Assembly: GCF_002945325.1 (NCBI RefSeq)
Contig: NZ_CP026606.1
Coordinates: 1,560,001 to 1,592,000 of the forward strand
Direction of reading: 5' to 3'
From: Methanococcus maripaludis
GTDB lineage: Archaea; AGJL01; Methanococci; Methanococcales; Methanococcaceae
Length of the DNA stretch: 32,000 nucleotides
Shown: positions 1 to 8,707 of the stretch, one piece after another
Layout: each line of letters starts with the position of its first letter
Numbering within the stretch: position 1 is the first letter of the stretch
Made by a program: the position numbers and the translations under genes
The notes under the pieces: model-generated
Databases searched by the model: none
What the model was told of the DNA's origin: nothing
Seen by the model: the letters and a program-made list of their open reading frames with translations, nothing else

Positions 1-341
1 TTCATCTCATCGAGGTTGTATGCGGACGCTCCAATTATTAAATTAGGTGCAATTTCTTTAATTTTTGAAACAGGCATATCATCAATTCCAACGTGGATTC
101 CATCAGCATTTACGGCCTGTGCTACATCGAGCCTGTCGTTTACAAAAAACAAGGCATCGTATTCAGAAGTTAATTTTCTGAGTTTATTTCCAACTTCAAT
201 CATTTTACGAGTATTTGAAGTTTTCATTCGAAGTTGGATTGAAGTAGCACCCCCTTTTAGGGATTCTTCAACAGATATAACTTCATCTGAATAATTACTG
301 TCAGTTATTACGTAAAATTTTAATTTATCCTTAAATTTCAA
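1..341 (-). CDS. thiE: Thiamine-phosphate synthase ThiE, N-terminal part (3' end lies outside the window); probable TTG start at 341
   Basis: Minus-strand translation gives KFKDKLKFYVITDSNYSDEVISVEESLKGGATSIQLRMKTSNTRKM...SEYDALFFVNDRLDVAQAVNADGIHVGIDDMPVSKIKEIAPNLIIGASAYNLDE, with ThiE motifs (ATSIQLR, FFVNDRLDVA, DGIHVG). Its start overlaps or abuts the thiM stop. Confidence 0.9.
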   Translation of the reverse strand, partial: MKFKDKLKFYVITDSNYSDEVISVEESLKGGATSIQLRMKTSNTRKMIEVGNKLRKLTSEYDALFFVNDRLDVAQAVNADGIHVGIDDMPVSKIKEIAPNLIIGASAYNLDEM

Positions 342-1131
342 ATTTATTCACCTTAGCTTTTTCTAAAACTAATTTTTCATCGATTCTGTATAGCCAGTCG
401 TATACTTTTGCCTGAAATGTTCCTGGATACGGTGCTTCATTAAATGCCATTTCAGCAGAAATTCCGTAAACTACAAGTCCGCTTACCGCAGCTTTCAGTG
501 GATCATCGACTGCGGAAAATGCACCAATAATTGATGTAGTTGCACAGCCAGTTCCAGTAACTTTTGAAAGCATGGAATGCCCATTTGAAATTGCATAAAT
601 TTCTTTTCCATTGCTTACATGATCAACCGGGCCAGTTACTGCTGAAACCGTGTTGAATTCTTTTGCAGCATTTTTAGAAAGTTCGATAGCTTCGTTGTTA
701 TCGTATGCAGCACTATCTACTCCTCTTGTTTTTCCGTGTTCCCCTAAAACTGCGGCAATTTCACCAAAATTTCCCCTTAAAACTGAAATATCTGCAAAGT
801 CGAGTATTTTTAAAGCTGTTTTTGTTCTTAATTTGGTAGCTCCTGCACCCACTGGATCGAGAATTATTGGTTTTTTAAGGTCACTTGCAATTTTTGCAGC
901 TTTTTCCATTGATGGAATCCAGTATTCGTCAAGAGTTCCAATGTTTACTACTAATGCGCTTGCAATTGAAACCATTTCTTCTAATTCATCTATTGCATGG
1001 GCCATTACTGGAGAAGCACCAAGTGCCAAAAGTGAATTTGCAGTAGAGTTCATTACCACGTAATTTGTAATGTTTTGAACGAGCGGGTTTGTTTCCCTTA
1101 ATTTTGTAAGATTTTTTGCTACAAAGTCCAT
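331..1131 (-). CDS. thiM: Hydroxyethylthiazole kinase ThiM; likely start MDFVAKNL at 1131 rather than 1191
   Basis: ORF contains NPLVQNITNYVVMNSTANSLLALGASPVMAH, ILDPVGAGATKLR and VTGTGCATTSIIGAF. A GGTGA RBS lies just upstream of the internal ATG. Confidence 0.95.
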   Translation of the reverse strand: MDFVAKNLTKLRETNPLVQNITNYVVMNSTANSLLALGASPVMAHAIDELEEMVSIASALVVNIGTLDEYWIPSMEKAAKIASDLKKPIILDPVGAGATKLRTKTALKILDFADISVLRGNFGEIAAVLGEHGKTRGVDSAAYDNNEAIELSKNAAKEFNTVSAVTGPVDHVSNGKEIYAISNGHSMLSKVTGTGCATTSIIGAFSAVDDPLKAAVSGLVVYGISAEMAFNEAPYPGTFQAKVYDWLYRIDEKLVLEKAKVNKFEI

Positions 1132-1335
1132 TTTTTCACCGATTTTCACCAAATTATCATTTAATAAAAACATCCATATATTTAAAAACATGCCGGTAAA
1201 AAAGTTTCCGAAAAAATTATAAATTTGTCAGATATCTATCATAATTATAAAGTATAACGTATATATATAGGTTGATATCAATATAAAAAACGATGAAATA
1301 AGGATGTTTTTATTATAAATAAACCGGTGAAAACA

Positions 1336-1758
1336 ATGGATGAAAAAGACATGAAAATACTCGACTTTTTAATAACTGATGGAAGAAAACCTTTTACTGA
1401 GATTGCAAAGGAATTAAAGACAAGTGAAAGTTCAGTTAGAAAAAGAGTTAAGAAAATGGAAGAAGAAGGGGTTATAAAAGGATACTCAGTAATGGTCGAC
1501 ACTCCAAAGATGGGGTACAATGTTGTTGCACAAACCGGATTTGATACAAACCCTGAAGATTTTTTAGCGGTTGCACAGGAACTCTGTAAATTTGAAGAAG
1601 TAAAAAAGGTCTTTACTTCAACAGGGGATCACATGATAATGACTGAAATCTGGGCGAAAGATGGAAAAGAACTTTCAGAAATTATATTTAATAAAATTGG
1701 AAAAATTAAGGGAATTAAAAAGGTCTGCCCAGCAATTATTTTAGAACAGTTGAAATAA
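1336..1758 (+). CDS. Lrp/AsnC family transcriptional regulator (Ptr2-like)
   Basis: N-terminal HTH ([52 protein letters not shown]) and C-terminal RAM-like domain. The RBS (GGTGA) precedes the ATG at 1336. Confidence 0.9.
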   Translation: MDEKDMKILDFLITDGRKPFTEIAKELKTSESSVRKRVKKMEEEGVIKGYSVMVDTPKMGYNVVAQTGFDTNPEDFLAVAQELCKFEEVKKVFTSTGDHMIMTEIWAKDGKELSEIIFNKIGKIKGIKKVCPAIILEQLK

Positions 1759-1842
1759 ACAACTTATTTTGATCAACTTTCACTCGCAAATTTTCAATTT
1801 GTGGTGCCGACAAATCTTTGATTTGTACGGTTTAAAAGGTTG

Positions 1843-1881
1843 AAAGTATGTCCTGCAATTATATTGGAGCAATTAAAATAA
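1843..1881 (+). pseudogene. Vestigial 3' end of an Lrp/AsnC-family gene ([12 protein letters not shown]-stop)
   Basis: AAA GTA TGT CCT GCA ATT ATA TTG GAG CAA TTA AAA TAA encodes exactly the same 12 residues plus stop as the end of the upstream gene (1720-1758). All 9 nucleotide differences are synonymous third-position changes. Confidence 0.75.
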
Positions 1882-1957
1882 TTATTTTAAAATTTTATTA
1901 ATTTTTTAAAAAATATAAAAAAAGTTTTGATCAACTGTTTAAAAAAGATTAAAAGAA

Positions 1958-2377
1958 TTATTTAAAGTATCTATCTAAAATTCCTTTTAACATTTTAGCG
2001 TGTCTAGCTTCGTCTCTTGAGCTTTCTTCAAAGAAATCATGAATGTTTTCAAGGCCTTCTTTTTCAGCTAAATCTGCAGCTGCTTTTTTTTCGTTGTTAG
2101 CCATAGTTTCGCCTTCAAACATCATTTCAAGGTTTTCTTTTAGCGTAGCTTTAATTACTCCGTTCATTTCTACAAATTTTGAAGCATGTTCTGCTTCTTC
2201 AAATGCAATCGATTTTAAAACTTCTGCAATTTCTGGGAAACCTTCTCTTTGTGCTTGTCTTGCCATTGCAAGGTACATTCCAACTTCCATACATTCTCCT
2301 TTAACGTTTCCGCCAACTTCTTTTTCAAGTGCAGTACCTTTTGAAATTCCGATTTTGTGTTCGTTTATAAGTTCCAT
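1958..2377 (-). CDS. Rubrerythrin-like ferritin-like di-iron protein without a C-terminal rubredoxin domain
   Basis: ExxH motifs in a four-helix pattern ([14 protein letters not shown]; [14 protein letters not shown]); no CxxC pairs at the C-terminus. ATG at 2377 is preceded by GGTGA. Confidence 0.85.
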   Translation of the reverse strand: MELINEHKIGISKGTALEKEVGGNVKGECMEVGMYLAMARQAQREGFPEIAEVLKSIAFEEAEHASKFVEMNGVIKATLKENLEMMFEGETMANNEKKAAADLAEKEGLENIHDFFEESSRDEARHAKMLKGILDRYFK

Positions 2378-2562
2378 AATTTTCACCGTATATCGTTATA
2401 TATTTTGAAATTTACTTCTATTTTTAATTTCAAAATTTTTATTGTTTTTTTCTAGTATAAAAAGTATATTTTAGGTTTTATCTTAAATTATAATGTATTT
2501 ACTGGTATATTACTTTAATTAGATATATTTATTAATTTCTGTTCAGGTGTATCAATTTCATA

Positions 2563-3783
2563 TTATTTTAGTTTCATTCCAAGTCTTTTTCCTGCGTTGT
2601 AGCATTTTTCAAGTTCTCCTTCTTCAGGAACGTAAAGTACTTCGTAAGAATCATCAAGGACTTCAAATCCACATTCTTTTAAATCATTTCCAATAAGTTT
2701 CGTAGCTCCACCTCGTCCACCCATAGAACCAAAGGTTAAAGCCAATTTTTTAAATCCGGTTCTATCAAATCTAAGTCCCCTTAAATAGTACATTAAATCC
2801 CCGATACTTGGGAACGGCTGATCATTAATTGTCGGAATTCCAAATAAAACTGCTTTACTGTCAAGAATATCTTTTACAATTTCACTTCTTTCATCACTGT
2901 GTAAGTTATAAATTACAACTTCAATTCCTTCTGCTAAAAGACCTTCTGCAAACGCGTGAGCCATCTTTTGAGTTGAATAGTGCATTGTGTCATACACAAT
3001 TGTAGCTTTGTTTTTGCACTGTCCTGTTGCAAAATTTTGGTATGCAGAAATTACTTTCATTGGATCAGTCCAGATCTGGCCGTGGGAAGGTGCGATCATC
3101 GTTATTTTTTCAAGTAATCCTAACGAAATTACTTCGTTAAATTTCTTCAAAACGAGTTTTGAGAGCGGAGTAATTAAGTTTGCATAGAATTTCTGGTTTG
3201 CATCCATAAGGATATTTTCAGGAATTTCGTTATCAAATCTTTTGGTAAGGCACAAGTGCTGGCCAAATGCATCGTTTGAGAATAAAATTCCTTCTTCACC
3301 GTAAAGTGTAAACATGCTGTCAGGCCAGTGTAAAAGTGGAGCTTCCAAGAATGTAAGTGTTTTTCCGCCTAAATCGACACTTTCAAGAGATTTTATAACT
3401 TTAAATGGTGCATCTTTAAGTCCTGCGTAGTGTTTTTTCAAACCTTCAACTGCAACTTCGGTACAGTAGATTGGAGCATCTGGAAATTTCTTGGTAATTT
3501 CAACGAGAGCTCCACTATGGTCTTTTTCAACGTGATTTTGAACAATTACATCGATATTGAATTCTCTTCCTTCCTTTTCAAAGGCGTTTTTAATTCTTCC
3601 CCACATCTGGGCAGAGGTTCCAGGATATACATTATCAATCACTGCAACCTTTTCATCCCCAAATACAAGGTACGCGTTATATGTAGTTCCTTTTAATGTA
3701 TAGCCGTGGTATGATCGGATATCCCAGTCATAAGTTCCAACCCAGTAGACTCCATCGCTAATTTTCACTGCATCTGCTTTCAT
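2563..3783 (-). CDS. fprA: FprA-type flavo-diiron protein (coenzyme F420H2 oxidase)
   Basis: Metallo-beta-lactamase diiron motif ([11 protein letters not shown]), [14 protein letters not shown] and a C-terminal flavodoxin domain ([32 protein letters not shown]). Start ATG at 3783. Confidence 0.93.
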   Translation of the reverse strand: MKADAVKISDGVYWVGTYDWDIRSYHGYTLKGTTYNAYLVFGDEKVAVIDNVYPGTSAQMWGRIKNAFEKEGREFNIDVIVQNHVEKDHSGALVEITKKFPDAPIYCTEVAVEGLKKHYAGLKDAPFKVIKSLESVDLGGKTLTFLEAPLLHWPDSMFTLYGEEGILFSNDAFGQHLCLTKRFDNEIPENILMDANQKFYANLITPLSKLVLKKFNEVISLGLLEKITMIAPSHGQIWTDPMKVISAYQNFATGQCKNKATIVYDTMHYSTQKMAHAFAEGLLAEGIEVVIYNLHSDERSEIVKDILDSKAVLFGIPTINDQPFPSIGDLMYYLRGLRFDRTGFKKLALTFGSMGGRGGATKLIGNDLKECGFEVLDDSYEVLYVPEEGELEKCYNAGKRLGMKLK

Positions 3784-3905
3784 GAAAATGCCCTCCAAAA
3801 TTTGGATAAGAATTGAGTTATTGATATTATAATTTATAAAAAGAATCTATTTATATAATTTTATATTTAGAATTACTATTTCATCAAAAGAGGTAAAATT
3901 AAGAA

Positions 3906-4952
3906 TTATTTTAAGTAGTTTTCAATAATCATTCCTTTTTTGTTGCAGATATTTTTCAATTTTTTATACAGTATTTCATCAATTTCAAAACCATTTTTCT
4001 TACTTTCAGAAGTGCGTGCTTCAACGTCGCCAGGAATCAAAATTTCAGAAGATCCTTCAGATAGTCTTGAATTTTTTATTTCATCGACTAAGAAGTCAGT
4101 TTTATCTAAAAATTCGCTTTTTTCACCGAAAAATTCAGGATTTATCGCGATAAAGAAATCTCCTTTTGTACATTTTTCATCAGCTCTTGCAGTTCCTTTT
4201 ACATTTGTTCCAATGTCTGCACCGCCAATTGCAGAAAGAATTTCAACCGCCATTGCAATTCCGTATCCTTTAATTCCACCAAATGGTAAAATGCTACCTT
4301 CAAGTGCTTTATCCGGATCAGTTGTAATATTTCCATTAACATCTACTGCTGCATTTTCAGGAAGTGTTTTTCCAAGACGTTTTGCTTCAAAGATTTTCCC
4401 CCTTGCAACGGATGCTGTTGCCATATCAAGAGAATATTTGTGTTTTTTTCCAGAAATCGCAATTGCAATTGGATTTGTTCCCAAAATTTTATCTTTTCCA
4501 CCATATGGTGCCATTGCGGGTTCAGTATTTGTAATTGCAATTCCAATCATTCCTTTTTTTGAAGCTCTTTCAGAATAATGTCCAGTAATTCCAAAATGAT
4601 TTGAATTATATGTAGCAACCGCTCCAATTCCTACATTTTTCGCTTTTTCAACTGCTAAATCCATTGCCATTGCAGCTGTAACATAACCTAATGCTAAATC
4701 TCCGTTTATCGTTGCAGTTGCAGGACTTTCTCTTTCAATTTTGATATCTGGATTAATTTTTATATTTTCAGTTTCAAGACCGATTATTGTTTGCGGAAAT
4801 CTTCCAATGCCGTGTGAAGTAAATCCTTTCAAGTCCGCTTCTGTGTAAATTTCAGCAGTAATATTGGCATGTTCTTTCTTAACACCGTATGCCATTAAAA
4901 TATCCGAAAGTAATTTTTTTTCTCCTTCAGGCGTAATTATATGTGACATCAT
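3906..4952 (-). CDS. comC: Malate/L-lactate dehydrogenase-family protein, probable L-sulfolactate dehydrogenase (ComC); start 4952 or 4949
   Basis: LKGFTSHGIGRFP, SNHFGITGHYSERA, ITNTEPAMAPYGGKDKILGTNPIAIAI and GGIKGYGIAMAVEILS are typical of the LdhA/ComC family. GGAGG upstream of the start. Confidence 0.88.
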   Translation of the reverse strand: MMSHIITPEGEKKLLSDILMAYGVKKEHANITAEIYTEADLKGFTSHGIGRFPQTIIGLETENIKINPDIKIERESPATATINGDLALGYVTAAMAMDLAVEKAKNVGIGAVATYNSNHFGITGHYSERASKKGMIGIAITNTEPAMAPYGGKDKILGTNPIAIAISGKKHKYSLDMATASVARGKIFEAKRLGKTLPENAAVDVNGNITTDPDKALEGSILPFGGIKGYGIAMAVEILSAIGGADIGTNVKGTARADEKCTKGDFFIAINPEFFGEKSEFLDKTDFLVDEIKNSRLSEGSSEILIPGDVEARTSESKKNGFEIDEILYKKLKNICNKKGMIIENYLK

Positions 4953-4966
4953 GATTCCTCCAATAA

Positions 4967-5497
4967 TTAAAGCTTTAAATATCCCATGTTGTAGTAGACG
5001 ACGCTTCCATCAGCATCAACTATTGCAATAATTAATTCTTTTCTAACGGAGTGTGCAACCCTAACGAATCCCGTAATTTCTGAAATTTCGCAAGGAATTT
5101 CTTCTGAAAAAACTTTTACGAGGTATCTTGAGTGAATCTCATCAATATTACTTCTTTCATAAAGTCTAAAATCAGAACCGTATTTTAAACCAGTTCGAAC
5201 AGTATATCCTCTGTTTCTTAGGTCTTTGTATGCAAGATACCGAATGCACAACTTTATATCAATATTCTGTGCAACGTCGAATAATTCTTCAAAAGAAAGA
5301 AGTTTATTTTTTTTATCTCTCAAGGATATCCAGTTTTTAGATACTAGGTAGAGCCCTTCCACAAATGAAAGTGAAAGAAAGTTTTCGTGAAGTTCTCCGT
5401 ACCTTTTTTCATTTAAACGAGATATTCCGTCTTTATCGTAAATTACAATTCTCTCATCCGAGAGTTTTGCAGGTATTGTCTTTTTAGGTTTCGCCAT
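4967..5497 (-). CDS. endA: tRNA-splicing endonuclease EndA
   Basis: KLCIRYLAYKDLRNRGYTVRTGLKYGSDFRLYER...SRYLVKV, GFVRVAHSVRKELIIAIVD; archaeal EndA catalytic region. Confidence 0.93.
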   Translation of the reverse strand: MAKPKKTIPAKLSDERIVIYDKDGISRLNEKRYGELHENFLSLSFVEGLYLVSKNWISLRDKKNKLLSFEELFDVAQNIDIKLCIRYLAYKDLRNRGYTVRTGLKYGSDFRLYERSNIDEIHSRYLVKVFSEEIPCEISEITGFVRVAHSVRKELIIAIVDADGSVVYYNMGYLKL

Positions 5498-5686
5498 TAT
5501 ATTTCCTCAAATCAAAAATAAAAATATCAGAATAAAAAACATGTATCTAATATATAATAGAGAAAACTATATATAGTTTTTAAAAATATTCAATATAATT
5601 CAAGCTTACACGTGATTTTAAATCCATTTCTCTTAATTTACGGAAATTGGCATATATAAACGCGAAGACTATTTTAAGGTGGATAT

Positions 5687-6946
5687 ATGAGCGGAAATTC
5701 ATCAACTGATTTGTATTTATTCAAAAAATCATTAAAGGAACTTAAAGGTAAAAAGGGAAAAGGAACAGAGCTTATAAGTGTTTATGTTCCAGCAGGAAGG
5801 AGGCTTTCTGATATTTCTCAATATTTGAGGCAGGAGCTTTCCCAATCCTCAAACATTAAAAGCAAAACAACAATGAAAAACGTACAATCTGCAATCGAGG
5901 TAATTTTGCAGAGATTGAAGCTTTTAAAGGAACCTCTCGAAATGGGGGTAATTATATTTGCAGGAATGATTCCAAGGGGCGGTCCAGGAACAGAAAAGAT
6001 GGAAGTTTACGTTCTTGAACCTCCTGAACCTGTAAAAACATTTGTTTATAGGTGTGACTCTTTATTTTACACCGATCCATTGGAGGACTTTATTCAGGAT
6101 AATGAAGTTTACGGTGTAATTTTAGTCGACAGAAACGAGGCTACAATTGGAACTGTTCGTGGAAAAACAATAACTATATTAAAAAAGCTTACAAGTGGAG
6201 TTCCAGGTAAGTTTAAGGCAGGAGGTCAGTCTGCAAGAAGGCTCGAAAGACTTATTGATGATGCTGCACACCAATTCATGGTAAGGATTGGAGAATATGC
6301 AACAGAATCATTCATGCCGATATTAGAAGAAAAAAAATTAAAAGGACTTCTTTTAGGAGGTCCTGGAAACACCAAAAACGAATTTGCTGAAAAAGACTAC
6401 CTTCACCACGAATTAAAGAAAAAAATCATCGATACATTTGATTTGTGTTACACCGAAGAATTTGGAATCCGGGAACTTTTAGAAAAGGCATCCGACCTTT
6501 TAAGAGATCTTGATTTGATGAAAGAAAAAAATTTAATCCAGAGATTCTTCAAAGAACTTATAAAAGATGATGGCGGGCTTTCAGCTTACGGTGAAGCTCA
6601 GGTAATGAAATATCTTGAAATGGGTGCAATTGACACGCTCATCGTTACTGAAGACATCGGAATTACAAGAGTTACTGTAAAATGTAATAACTGTGACTAT
6701 GTTCAAGAAGTAAACGTAAAAACAAACGAAATGTTCAAATTCGAAGAACAGTTAAAGACCAAAGCATGCCCAACATGTGGCGGTGCAATGTATGTTGATG
6801 AGGAGAAAGATATTATTGAATATTTATCTGATCTTTGTAATGTGCACAATACTGAGATAATCGTTGTTTCTACAGATACCGAAGAAGGAAGCCAGATTTC
6901 AAGAGCATTCAAAGGAATGGCTGCAATTTTACGGTACAAATTGTAA
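5687..6946 (+). CDS. prf1: Peptide chain release factor aRF1
   Basis: TLISVYVP-like N-terminus (ELISVYVPAGRRLSDISQYLRQE), SNIKSKTTMKNVQSAIE, the GGQ motif in KFKAGGQSARRLERL, and a zinc-binding C-terminus. Confidence 0.97.
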   Translation: MSGNSSTDLYLFKKSLKELKGKKGKGTELISVYVPAGRRLSDISQYLRQELSQSSNIKSKTTMKNVQSAIEVILQRLKLLKEPLEMGVIIFAGMIPRGGPGTEKMEVYVLEPPEPVKTFVYRCDSLFYTDPLEDFIQDNEVYGVILVDRNEATIGTVRGKTITILKKLTSGVPGKFKAGGQSARRLERLIDDAAHQFMVRIGEYATESFMPILEEKKLKGLLLGGPGNTKNEFAEKDYLHHELKKKIIDTFDLCYTEEFGIRELLEKASDLLRDLDLMKEKNLIQRFFKELIKDDGGLSAYGEAQVMKYLEMGAIDTLIVTEDIGITRVTVKCNNCDYVQEVNVKTNEMFKFEEQLKTKACPTCGGAMYVDEEKDIIEYLSDLCNVHNTEIIVVSTDTEEGSQISRAFKGMAAILRYKL

Positions 6947-7019
6947 TTATTCTAAAATATTTTAAAAATTATTAAAAACTATTTTTAAATAACGTTTTTT
7001 AGATTTTGGAGGGACTTTT

Positions 7020-7418
7020 ATGTTTTTCGAGTATTCAATTAAAACTGACACAAGAGAGTCCTTGGTTGATATTTCTGACCATATTTTAGATGCAGTTGTA
7101 AAATCAAACGTACAAAATGGGATTGCGGTAGTTTTTACACCACACACTACGTCTGCAATAACTATAAATGAAAATGCAGATCCATCTGTCAAAAAAGATA
7201 TTGTTAAATTTTTACACGAAAAAATCCCTGAAAATTATGGATTTTCACATTATGAAGGAAATTCTGACGCTCATTTAAAAAGTTCGTTTTTTGGGCCATC
7301 CTTAACTTTGATAATAAACGATGGAAAAATAATTCTTGGAACCTGGCAGGGTGTTTATTTTTGCGAATTTGATGGGCCGAGAAACAGGAAATTTTACGTA
7401 AAAATAATGAGAGACTGA
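7020..7418 (+). CDS. YjbQ family protein (UPF0047; secondary thiamine-phosphate synthase-like)
   Basis: VVFTPHTTSAITINENADPSVKKDI, HLKSSFFGPSLTLIINDGKIILGTWQGVYFCEFDGPRNRK. Confidence 0.9.
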   Translation: MFFEYSIKTDTRESLVDISDHILDAVVKSNVQNGIAVVFTPHTTSAITINENADPSVKKDIVKFLHEKIPENYGFSHYEGNSDAHLKSSFFGPSLTLIINDGKIILGTWQGVYFCEFDGPRNRKFYVKIMRD

Positions 7419-7532
7419 TTTAATTGTTAATTAATTCAAGTAAAAAATAATTTATACGGGAATTTTCTAAAAATAATCTGAAACATTTAATTTTTGAAAA
7501 ATTAATTAAAAAATTTATTTTCTGGTGAAAAT

Positions 7533-8021
7533 ATGATTGCTACAATTCAAACAACACTTGGAACAATTAAAATAGAACTATTTGCTGATAAAGCACCGAT
7601 AACCGTTGAAAACTTCAAAAAATACGCAGAAACTGGATTTTTCGATGGAACGATCTTTCACAGAGTAATAAAAGGATTCATGGTTCAGGGTGGCGGATTT
7701 ACAAAAGATGGAATTCAAAAAGAAACTTTTGCACCAATTAAAAATGAAGCTAAAAACGGACTTTCAAACAAAAGAGGAACCATCGCAATGGCTAGAACCA
7801 ACGTTGTAGATTCAGCAACAAGCCAGTTTTTCATAAACACCGTTGACAACATGTTTTTGAACTACCAAAATGATGCAAACTACGGTTACGCAGTATTTGG
7901 TGAAATGACAGACGGTTTTGATGTTCTTGATAAAATTGCTGCTGTTAAAACTGGAAACAGGGGATACTTCGCAGACTGGCCAGTTGAAGATGTAATAATT
8001 GAAAAAGTTACAGTCGAATAA
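7533..8021 (+). CDS. Peptidyl-prolyl cis-trans isomerase, cyclophilin type (cytoplasmic)
   Basis: APITVENFKKYAETGFFDGTIFHRVIKGFMVQGGGFT, RGTIAMARTN, ATSQFFINT, YAVFGEMTDGFDVLDKI. GGTGA RBS. Confidence 0.96.
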   Translation: MIATIQTTLGTIKIELFADKAPITVENFKKYAETGFFDGTIFHRVIKGFMVQGGGFTKDGIQKETFAPIKNEAKNGLSNKRGTIAMARTNVVDSATSQFFINTVDNMFLNYQNDANYGYAVFGEMTDGFDVLDKIAAVKTGNRGYFADWPVEDVIIEKVTVE

Positions 8022-8062
8022 ATTATTTTTTTTATTTATTTTAGTTATTTTCTGGTGAAAAT

Positions 8063-8665
8063 ATGGATTTTAAAAACGCTATTTTTATAATTGTCGCATC
8101 AATTGTTCTTTTAACCAGTTTTTCAGGATGTACTGAATCTGATTCAACAACTTCGAACGAAACTGGAGAAATAGTTTATGCAACAATTCAGACGAATTAC
8201 GGAAACATGACTTTTGAACTCTATCCTGATAAAGCACCAATAACTGTTGAAAACTTCAAAAAATACGCAGAATCTGGGTTTTATGAAGGAACAATTTTCC
8301 ACAGGGTAATAAGTGATTTCATGATTCAGGGTGGCGGATTTACCGTAAACGGAACTAAAAAAGAAACAATCGATCCAATTAAAAATGAAGCTAAAAACGG
8401 ACTTTCAAACAAAAGAGGAACCATCGCAATGGCAAGAACCAACATTGTAGATTCCGCAACAAGCCAGTTTTTCATAAACACAGTTGATAATTCATATCTG
8501 GATTATCAAGATGATTCAAACTATGGTTACGCAGTATTTGGTAAAATGATCGATGGCTTTGACGTTCTTGAGAAAATCGAAAATGTCGCTACTGCAAATA
8601 ATGGGCAGTATCAAAACTGGCCAATTGAAGATGTAATTATTGAAAAAGTTAAAATTGAAGAATAA
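8063..8665 (+). CDS. Peptidyl-prolyl cis-trans isomerase, cyclophilin type, predicted lipoprotein
   Basis: Same cyclophilin motifs as the upstream gene, plus N-terminal hydrophobic segment and lipobox-like FSGC (IFIIVASIVLLTSFSGCTESDSTTSNET). Confidence 0.93.
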   Translation: MDFKNAIFIIVASIVLLTSFSGCTESDSTTSNETGEIVYATIQTNYGNMTFELYPDKAPITVENFKKYAESGFYEGTIFHRVISDFMIQGGGFTVNGTKKETIDPIKNEAKNGLSNKRGTIAMARTNIVDSATSQFFINTVDNSYLDYQDDSNYGYAVFGKMIDGFDVLEKIENVATANNGQYQNWPIEDVIIEKVKIEE

Positions 8666-8707
8666 TTAAAAAATAGATTAATATTTAATTTTTTTATTTA
8701 TTTTAAC

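Noticed and set aside
16-294. Plus-strand 92-aa ORF in the supplied track
   Set aside because: Antisense to a clear ThiE coding sequence on the minus strand; composition is the mirror of the real gene.
1278-1520. Minus-strand 80-aa ORF over the Lrp/AsnC gene
   Set aside because: Antisense shadow ORF within a confidently identified gene.
1759-1881. Readthrough extension of the Lrp/AsnC gene into the second [12 protein letters not shown] tail
   Set aside because: The tails are in the same frame 123 nt apart, but TAA at 1756-1758 and a TGA near 1819 interrupt it; a relic is the simpler explanation than recoding.
6962-7192. Minus-strand 76-aa ORF near yjbQ
   Set aside because: Antisense to the confidently identified YjbQ family gene; no independent support.
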